Positions 62,715 to 64,000 of a stretch of 64,000 nucleotides of DNA are shown piece by piece. This DNA is from Chrysomallon squamiferum. Taxonomy: Eukaryota > Animalia > Mollusca. The notes under the pieces are model-generated. The model saw nothing but the letters and a program-made list of their open reading frames with translations. It ran no database searches and was not told the DNA's origin. The stretch's first letter is position 1, and the number at the start of each line of letters is the position of its first letter. Made by a program: the position numbers and the translations under genes. Location of the stretch: the NCBI GenBank assembly GCA_012295275.1, contig CM022665.1, positions 24,490,001 through 24,554,000 on the forward strand. The letters are read 5' to 3'.

Positions 62715-63780
62715 ATTTAAATAAATAAAATAAACTCTCAGCAAATAATAATAAAAATAATTTTTGTTAAATAAACAAGCTAATAAATAATTTGTCCAGT
62801 TATATCCAAAGTGTTTTTAAGATATGGAGTTGAACAGAATCCAATACATGTAATTTGTTAAATTATTTTAACATCCCATGAAAAGCTCTTGCTCAGTTTT
62901 ATCAAATTTCTTTTTAATATCTTATTTATTATTTAAATTACCTCAGTTAGGCCATAAGTCCAGCCATGTTTGATTCTGTCTTTGGCCCACACATTGTGTG
63001 TGTTTTCTGCAAGCAAGTCAACCAGTTCCTCCATCTTCTCATTTAAGGCAATTCCAGATAGGTCCAGTGGACTTGGTTTGTAGCCATTGCTCTGCAGGAA
63101 GCTAATAATGCAAAGAAAAGAAATAACTATCATACTGCACTGAGAAAAAGTACCCAAATATATAAATTTATGATTATTTCTGCTGGTAAATACTGAAGAT
63201 GATGTATTTCAGTGTGTGACATCTTGGTATATTACCAGGAAATATAAGCATTAAATAAGTGTGTTACTTTTAGTTTTCAAGTAAAATTTAAAAGAAAAAT
63301 GTATGAAATTTCTAATACTGAATATCTTGTATTTATCACCAATAAAACAAGCTAACTGAAGGTGAGTAATTAATTCAATATAACTTTGTATGGTTATACA
63401 GTTTTATAAATTAACATATATGTCTTATGCCCTTATTTTCTTATTTTTATTACTTTAAATATTGGATCAATTAACAAGTTATTGAATATTGAAGAATAAT
63501 ATCATACAAAATATATATAAAAGAACAATAAGTATTCTAAGCTTTTGACTATTATCCTGTTTTGAACTATGAATTGTAAAAAAAAAAAAAAAAATTAATA
63601 GAAAAAAAAAATAATAATAATAAATAAATAAATTCAAAGATCATTTAAATATAGTCCTTGTCAATAATACTGTCTTTTAAAAAAAATTCTTACTTATTTC
63701 CAAGCTTGATAGTCTTGAGTCTGTTGCTTTGTTGCTGATGAGGGTTTATGGTGATGTGATAGCCCAAGGCCAACAATGTT
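710..63780 (-). CDS. RyR: Ryanodine receptor (ER/SR Ca2+-release channel), multi-exon, 5'-partial; N-terminal exons lie beyond the window end
   Basis: About 94 exons splice in a continuous frame and give RyR hallmarks: [14 protein letters not shown] (repeat 1-2), SPRY domains, LLCEGHN, EYIQGPC, EF-hand pair, [10 protein letters not shown] filter, CFICG..H..H zinc finger, CFRKQYE C-terminus. Confidence 0.98.
1147..1198 (-). CDS. RyR: RyR exon (CTD)
   Basis: [17 protein letters not shown]; GTGAGT donor. Confidence 0.95.
1493..1593 (-). CDS. RyR: RyR exon (CTD zinc finger)
   Basis: [33 protein letters not shown]. Confidence 0.95.
1863..1927 (-). CDS. RyR: RyR exon (S6 cytoplasmic half)
   Basis: [22 protein letters not shown]. 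Confidence 0.95.
2212..2368 (-). CDS. RyR: RyR exon (pore helix, filter, S6)
   Basis: [52 protein letters not shown]; GGGIGD at 2315-2332. Confidence 0.97.
2766..2837. repeat. (TG)n microsatellite
   Basis: About 35 perfect TG units. Confidence 0.95.
2918..3049 (-). CDS. RyR: RyR exon (S5)
   Basis: [27 protein letters not shown]...KCHDMMT. Confidence 0.95.
3610..3756 (-). CDS. RyR: RyR exon (S3-S4, S4-S5 linker)
   Basis: [49 protein letters not shown]. Confidence 0.95.
4321..4381 (-). CDS. RyR: RyR exon
   Basis: [20 protein letters not shown]. Confidence 0.93.
4866..5350 (-). CDS. RyR: RyR exon (S1-S2 loop, S2, S2-S3)
   Basis: [29 protein letters not shown]...[14 protein letters not shown]. 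Confidence 0.95.
5611..5697 (-). CDS. RyR: RyR exon (S1)
   Basis: [29 protein letters not shown]. Confidence 0.95.
5806..5905 (-). CDS. RyR: RyR exon (DR1-like region)
   Basis: [33 protein letters not shown]; phases fit neighbours. Confidence 0.85.
6426..6514 (-). CDS. RyR: RyR exon (DR1-like region)
   Basis: [29 protein letters not shown]; phase 0 to 2. Confidence 0.8.
6931..7078 (-). CDS. RyR: RyR exon (DR1-like region)
   Basis: [18 protein letters not shown]...QSATETTE; phase 2 to 0. Confidence 0.8.
7092..7175. repeat. Compound (AAT)n(AGT)n microsatellite
   Basis: Directly visible trinucleotide runs. Confidence 0.9.
7474..7665 (-). CDS. RyR: RyR exon (DR1-like region)
   Basis: [18 protein letters not shown]...SPMDTN. 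Confidence 0.85.
8064..8264 (-). CDS. RyR: RyR exon (hydrophobic pre-DR1 helices)
   Basis: [16 protein letters not shown]...[10 protein letters not shown]. Confidence 0.88.
9432..9461 (-). CDS. RyR: Candidate 30-nt RyR microexon (QTKPKEPGT)
   Basis: TTATTTCAG acceptor, AAG/GTTATT donor, phase 2-2 matching the flanks, no stop. Confidence 0.55.
10219..10301 (-). CDS. RyR: RyR exon
   Basis: [27 protein letters not shown]. Confidence 0.9.
10653..10751 (-). CDS. RyR: RyR exon
   Basis: [33 protein letters not shown]. Confidence 0.95.
11152..11308 (-). CDS. RyR: RyR exon (TaF/U-motif)
   Basis: [26 protein letters not shown]...WEKPQIK. Confidence 0.95.
11792..11953 (-). CDS. RyR: RyR exon (EF-hand 2)
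   Basis: [28 protein letters not shown]...HMPNEP. Confidence 0.95.
13789..13868 (-). CDS. RyR: RyR EF-hand 1 exon, variant B (putative mutually exclusive)
   Basis: 80 nt, [26 protein letters not shown]; CTGTAG acceptor, GTAAGT donor. Confidence 0.9.
13956..14035 (-). CDS. RyR: RyR EF-hand 1 exon, variant A (putative mutually exclusive)
   Basis: 80 nt, [26 protein letters not shown]; weak AAAAAG acceptor, CAG/GTTTGT donor. Confidence 0.85.
14349..14414 (-). CDS. RyR: RyR exon
   Basis: [22 protein letters not shown]. Confidence 0.95.
14826..14896 (-). CDS. RyR: RyR exon
   Basis: [24 protein letters not shown]. Confidence 0.95.
15334..15415 (-). CDS. RyR: RyR exon
   Basis: [27 protein letters not shown]. 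Confidence 0.95.
15686..15790 (-). CDS. RyR: RyR exon
   Basis: [35 protein letters not shown]. Confidence 0.95.
16354..16482 (-). CDS. RyR: RyR exon
   Basis: [14 protein letters not shown]...[10 protein letters not shown]. Confidence 0.95.
17017..17105 (-). CDS. RyR: RyR exon
   Basis: [29 protein letters not shown]. Confidence 0.95.
17466..17608 (-). CDS. RyR: RyR exon
   Basis: [17 protein letters not shown]...[14 protein letters not shown]. Confidence 0.95.
17872..17948 (-). CDS. RyR: RyR exon
   Basis: [25 protein letters not shown]. Confidence 0.95.
18223..18302 (-). CDS. RyR: RyR exon
   Basis: [26 protein letters not shown]. Confidence 0.95.
18416..18515 (-). CDS. RyR: RyR exon
   Basis: [33 protein letters not shown]. 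Confidence 0.95.
18933..19190. repeat. Degenerate ~21-bp minisatellite
   Basis: About 12 units resembling AGCAGGGA(C/T)TNTCCAATAAAC. Confidence 0.7.
20205..20225 (-). CDS. RyR: Candidate 21-nt RyR microexon (IKLDILK)
   Basis: TTGCAACTCTCAG acceptor, AAG/GTAGAC donor, phase 0-0, in frame. Confidence 0.6.
21138..21209 (-). CDS. RyR: RyR exon
   Basis: [24 protein letters not shown]. Confidence 0.93.
21426..21596 (-). CDS. RyR: RyR exon
   Basis: [16 protein letters not shown]...[11 protein letters not shown]. Confidence 0.93.
21909..22002 (-). CDS. RyR: RyR exon
   Basis: [31 protein letters not shown]. Confidence 0.93.
22250..22362 (-). CDS. RyR: RyR exon (calmodulin-binding helix)
   Basis: [37 protein letters not shown]. 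Confidence 0.95.
22795..22938 (-). CDS. RyR: RyR exon
   Basis: [17 protein letters not shown]...[10 protein letters not shown]. Confidence 0.92.
23397..23456 (-). CDS. RyR: RyR exon (60 nt)
   Basis: [20 protein letters not shown]; TAG-AAG tandem acceptor. Confidence 0.88.
24134..24212. repeat. (AAT)n followed by (ATT)n microsatellite (self-complementary)
   Basis: Visible trinucleotide runs. Confidence 0.85.
25257..25550 (-). CDS. RyR: RyR exon
   Basis: [18 protein letters not shown]...[10 protein letters not shown]...QKLIQ. Confidence 0.95.
25966..26124 (-). CDS. RyR: RyR exon
   Basis: [23 protein letters not shown]...IWSRSL. Confidence 0.95.
26588..26763 (-). CDS. RyR: RyR exon
   Basis: [20 protein letters not shown]...EATVQE. 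Confidence 0.92.
27151..27269 (-). CDS. RyR: RyR exon
   Basis: [33 protein letters not shown]. Confidence 0.93.
27937..27987 (-). CDS. RyR: RyR exon
   Basis: [16 protein letters not shown]. Confidence 0.9.
28358..28493 (-). CDS. RyR: RyR exon
   Basis: [11 protein letters not shown]...[11 protein letters not shown]. Confidence 0.93.
28860..29008 (-). CDS. RyR: RyR exon
   Basis: [29 protein letters not shown]. Confidence 0.95.
29434..29483. repeat. Poly(T) tract (~50 nt)
   Basis: Homopolymer run. Confidence 0.9.
30373..30399 (-). CDS. RyR: 27-nt RyR microexon (ETITAELAR)
   Basis: CTAAC...GATTAG acceptor, AAG/GTACAC donor, phase 2-2, GC-rich island in AT-rich intron. Confidence 0.8.
30763..30789 (-). 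CDS. RyR: Candidate second 27-nt RyR microexon (WLYGSKKP)
   Basis: TTATCTTTTTCATCCTTATAG acceptor, GTACTA donor, phase 2-2, no stop. Confidence 0.45.
   Translation of the reverse strand: MVIWIQKT
31415..31496 (-). CDS. RyR: RyR exon
   Basis: [26 protein letters not shown]. Confidence 0.94.
31811..32049 (-). CDS. RyR: RyR exon
   Basis: [25 protein letters not shown]...FGTDLL. Confidence 0.94.
32479..32589 (-). CDS. RyR: RyR exon
   Basis: [17 protein letters not shown]...VQAVDF. Confidence 0.94.
33093..33214 (-). CDS. RyR: RyR exon
   Basis: [18 protein letters not shown]...[10 protein letters not shown]. Confidence 0.94.
33790..34027 (-). CDS. RyR: RyR exon
   Basis: [18 protein letters not shown]...DVKFFGK. 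Confidence 0.93.
34811..34934 (-). CDS. RyR: RyR exon (repeat 4)
   Basis: [33 protein letters not shown]. Confidence 0.95.
35382..35457 (-). CDS. RyR: RyR exon (repeat 4)
   Basis: [25 protein letters not shown]. Confidence 0.95.
35805..35870 (-). CDS. RyR: RyR exon
   Basis: [22 protein letters not shown]. Confidence 0.94.
36004..36141 (-). CDS. RyR: RyR exon (repeat 3 / phospho-loop)
   Basis: [18 protein letters not shown]...KRRASKANA. Confidence 0.94.
36298..36387 (-). CDS. RyR: RyR exon (repeat 3)
   Basis: [30 protein letters not shown]. Confidence 0.94.
36676..36754 (-). CDS. RyR: RyR exon (repeat 3)
   Basis: [26 protein letters not shown]. Confidence 0.93.
37203..37366 (-). CDS. RyR: RyR exon
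   Basis: [25 protein letters not shown]...YVPRPVDIT. Confidence 0.94.
37679..37822 (-). CDS. RyR: RyR exon
   Basis: [14 protein letters not shown]...[23 protein letters not shown]. Confidence 0.94.
38170..38260 (-). CDS. RyR: RyR exon
   Basis: [30 protein letters not shown]. Confidence 0.93.
38718..38938 (-). CDS. RyR: RyR exon
   Basis: [14 protein letters not shown]...LHTVYRLSK...FLVAFT. Confidence 0.94.
39089..39158. repeat. (GA)n microsatellite
   Basis: About 35 GA units. Confidence 0.95.
39280..39455 (-). CDS. RyR: RyR exon
   Basis: [18 protein letters not shown]...[14 protein letters not shown]. Confidence 0.94.
39792..40066 (-). CDS. RyR: RyR exon
   Basis: [21 protein letters not shown]...[11 protein letters not shown]. 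Confidence 0.94.
40252..40477 (-). CDS. RyR: RyR exon
   Basis: [33 protein letters not shown]. Confidence 0.94.
40748..40987 (-). CDS. RyR: RyR exon
   Basis: [12 protein letters not shown]...[26 protein letters not shown]. Confidence 0.95.
41468..41597 (-). CDS. RyR: RyR exon
   Basis: [31 protein letters not shown]. Confidence 0.95.
42446..42469 (-). CDS. RyR: Candidate 24-nt RyR microexon (PTLKESYW)
   Basis: ATATTAG acceptor, TGG/GTGAGT donor, phase 0-0. Confidence 0.4.
42544..42585 (-). CDS. RyR: Candidate 42-nt RyR microexon ([14 protein letters not shown])
   Basis: TATTATTTCAG acceptor, GAA/GTAAGT donor, phase 0-0, open frame. Confidence 0.4.
42709..42916 (-). CDS. RyR: RyR exon
   Basis: [30 protein letters not shown]...EQTK. 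Confidence 0.94.
43358..43506 (-). CDS. RyR: RyR exon
   Basis: EKAYAIS...[20 protein letters not shown]. Confidence 0.93.
44055..44179 (-). CDS. RyR: RyR exon
   Basis: [30 protein letters not shown]. Confidence 0.94.
44263..44404. repeat. Perfect 71-bp tandem duplication (2 copies)
   Basis: AGCATATCATCTTTTGTC...CTAATCTTTCTCA at 44263-44333 and 44334-44404. Confidence 0.92.
44994..45270 (-). CDS. RyR: RyR exon
   Basis: MKTLLAFK...[20 protein letters not shown]...TEKP. Confidence 0.9.
45638..45736 (-). CDS. RyR: RyR exon
   Basis: [33 protein letters not shown]. Confidence 0.94.
46130..46228 (-). CDS. RyR: RyR exon
   Basis: [33 protein letters not shown]. Confidence 0.94.
46535..46590 (-). 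CDS. RyR: RyR exon
   Basis: [18 protein letters not shown]. Confidence 0.92.
46798..46913 (-). CDS. RyR: RyR exon
   Basis: [32 protein letters not shown]. Confidence 0.93.
47562..47711 (-). CDS. RyR: RyR exon
   Basis: [10 protein letters not shown]...[14 protein letters not shown]. Confidence 0.94.
47918..48097 (-). CDS. RyR: RyR exon
   Basis: [16 protein letters not shown]...SVSIRPQL. Confidence 0.92.
48487..48562 (-). CDS. RyR: RyR exon
   Basis: [24 protein letters not shown]. Confidence 0.93.
49005..49126 (-). CDS. RyR: RyR exon
   Basis: [37 protein letters not shown]. Confidence 0.94.
49279..49360 (-). CDS. RyR: RyR exon
   Basis: [25 protein letters not shown]. Confidence 0.94.
49672..49858 (-). 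CDS. RyR: RyR exon
   Basis: [10 protein letters not shown]...CPPRLDVQ...WARVPN...GWSMLC. Confidence 0.94.
50248..51347 (-). CDS. RyR: RyR 1100-nt exon (DR2-like insert + SPRY3), GC-type donor
   Basis: [19 protein letters not shown]...[13 protein letters not shown]...FELGSTK; the in-frame donor is AAG/GCATGT. Confidence 0.9.
51636..51707 (-). CDS. RyR: RyR exon (DR2-like insert)
   Basis: [23 protein letters not shown]; phase 1-1. Confidence 0.78.
52248..52370 (-). CDS. RyR: RyR 123-nt cassette-type exon
   Basis: [40 protein letters not shown]; phase 1-1; GTGAGT donor. Confidence 0.72.
53330..53700. repeat. Highly degenerate ~53-bp tandem repeat
   Basis: TGACAAAGATGTTCCCA-like core recurring at ~53350, 53405, 53447, 53495, 53549, 53604, 53657. 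Confidence 0.5.
53750..53952 (-). CDS. RyR: RyR exon (start of DR2-like insert)
   Basis: [21 protein letters not shown]...NKLGR; phase 2 to 1 needed for frame. Confidence 0.85.
54422..54541 (-). CDS. RyR: RyR exon
   Basis: [29 protein letters not shown]. Confidence 0.93.
55076..55180 (-). CDS. RyR: RyR exon
   Basis: [17 protein letters not shown]...LDVTRIPG. Confidence 0.93.
55710..55774 (-). CDS. RyR: RyR exon
   Basis: [21 protein letters not shown]. Confidence 0.95.
55801..55860. repeat. (ATA)n microsatellite
   Basis: About 20 units. Confidence 0.9.
56126..56184 (-). CDS. RyR: RyR exon (SPRY2)
   Basis: [19 protein letters not shown]. Confidence 0.93.
56398..56475 (-). CDS. RyR: RyR exon (SPRY2)
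   Basis: [25 protein letters not shown]. Confidence 0.93.
56737..56833 (-). CDS. RyR: RyR exon (SPRY2)
   Basis: [32 protein letters not shown]. Confidence 0.94.
57126..57711 (+). mobile_element. Non-autonomous Tc1/mariner-superfamily MITE (Tc2/pogo-like), 586 bp, copy 1
   Basis: TIRs CCGTATATACTTGTGTA.../...TACACAAGTATATACGG, TA flanks at 57124-57125 and 57712-57713, repeated subterminal GACTTATAC motifs, no transposase ORF; strand is relative orientation only. Confidence 0.9.
57756..57876 (-). CDS. RyR: RyR exon (SPRY2)
   Basis: [17 protein letters not shown]...YTFDGQM. Confidence 0.95.
58319..58397 (-). CDS. RyR: RyR exon (SPRY2 start)
   Basis: [17 protein letters not shown]; AAG-CAG tandem acceptor (alternative end 58400). 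Confidence 0.92.
60146..60190 (-). CDS. RyR: Candidate 45-nt RyR microexon ([14 protein letters not shown])
   Basis: TTTCTTGCATACCAAAG acceptor, CAG/GTAATT donor, phase 1-1, open frame. Confidence 0.62.
60817..61692 (-). mobile_element. Same MITE family, 876 bp, copy 2, inverted relative to copy 1
   Basis: Same TIRs, TA flanks at 60815-60816 and 61693-61694; both arms are near-exact reverse complements of copy 1; extra ~334-bp core at 61024-61357. Confidence 0.9.
61859..61950 (-). CDS. RyR: RyR exon (end of repeat 2)
   Basis: [20 protein letters not shown]...; second in-phase donor 9 nt upstream (exon end 61868). Confidence 0.92.
62541..62614 (-). CDS. RyR: RyR exon (repeat 2)
   Basis: [24 protein letters not shown]. 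Confidence 0.94.
62942..63101 (-). CDS. RyR: RyR exon (repeat 2)
   Basis: [12 protein letters not shown]...[21 protein letters not shown]. Confidence 0.95.
63694..63780 (-). CDS. RyR: RyR exon (repeat 1 end)
   Basis: [28 protein letters not shown]. Confidence 0.92.
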   Translation of the reverse strand, partial: NIVGLGLSHHHKPSSATKQQTQDYQAWK

Positions 63781-64000
63781 CTAAAACAAGACAAAATTCA
63801 GTAAGCATTTTTATTGTAAAATAACTATTTTAATATCAATACAGGATGTTTAATATTTAATTACATCAAAGAAATTAACAAATTAATAATAATATTAGTA
63901 AAAATATATATGTAATCAGAAGATGATTTTATTGATTTCTCATAAGAAATAATAATAATAAGAAGAAGAAGAAGCAAAGAAAGAAAAGGGAATGTTATAC

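Overview
AT-rich eukaryotic genomic DNA from an invertebrate animal (a lophotrochozoan/mollusc-like origin is my guess, not established). Almost the whole window is one minus-strand ryanodine receptor (RyR) gene. I traced about 94 coding exons with consistent splice phases, from RyR repeat 1-2 at the right edge through SPRY2/3, the solenoids, repeat 3-4, the CaM-binding helix, the EF-hands and the GGGIGD pore to the stop codon at 710-712. The N-terminal part lies beyond the window. Most ORFs in the supplied track are intron read-through or microsatellite artefacts. The most notable signals concern splicing: (i) two tandem-duplicated 80-nt exons, apparently mutually exclusive, encoding alternative versions of the first EF-hand Ca2+ loop; (ii) several candidate in-frame microexons (21-45 nt), one candidate poison exon and a 123-nt cassette, several with UGCAUG, ACUAAC or UGC motifs nearby; (iii) a required GC-AG intron; (iv) two closely similar Tc2/pogo-like MITE copies in opposite orientation bracketing SPRY2 exons, which could form a pre-mRNA stem. 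Coordinates were read by eye, and no alternative-splicing call has transcript support.
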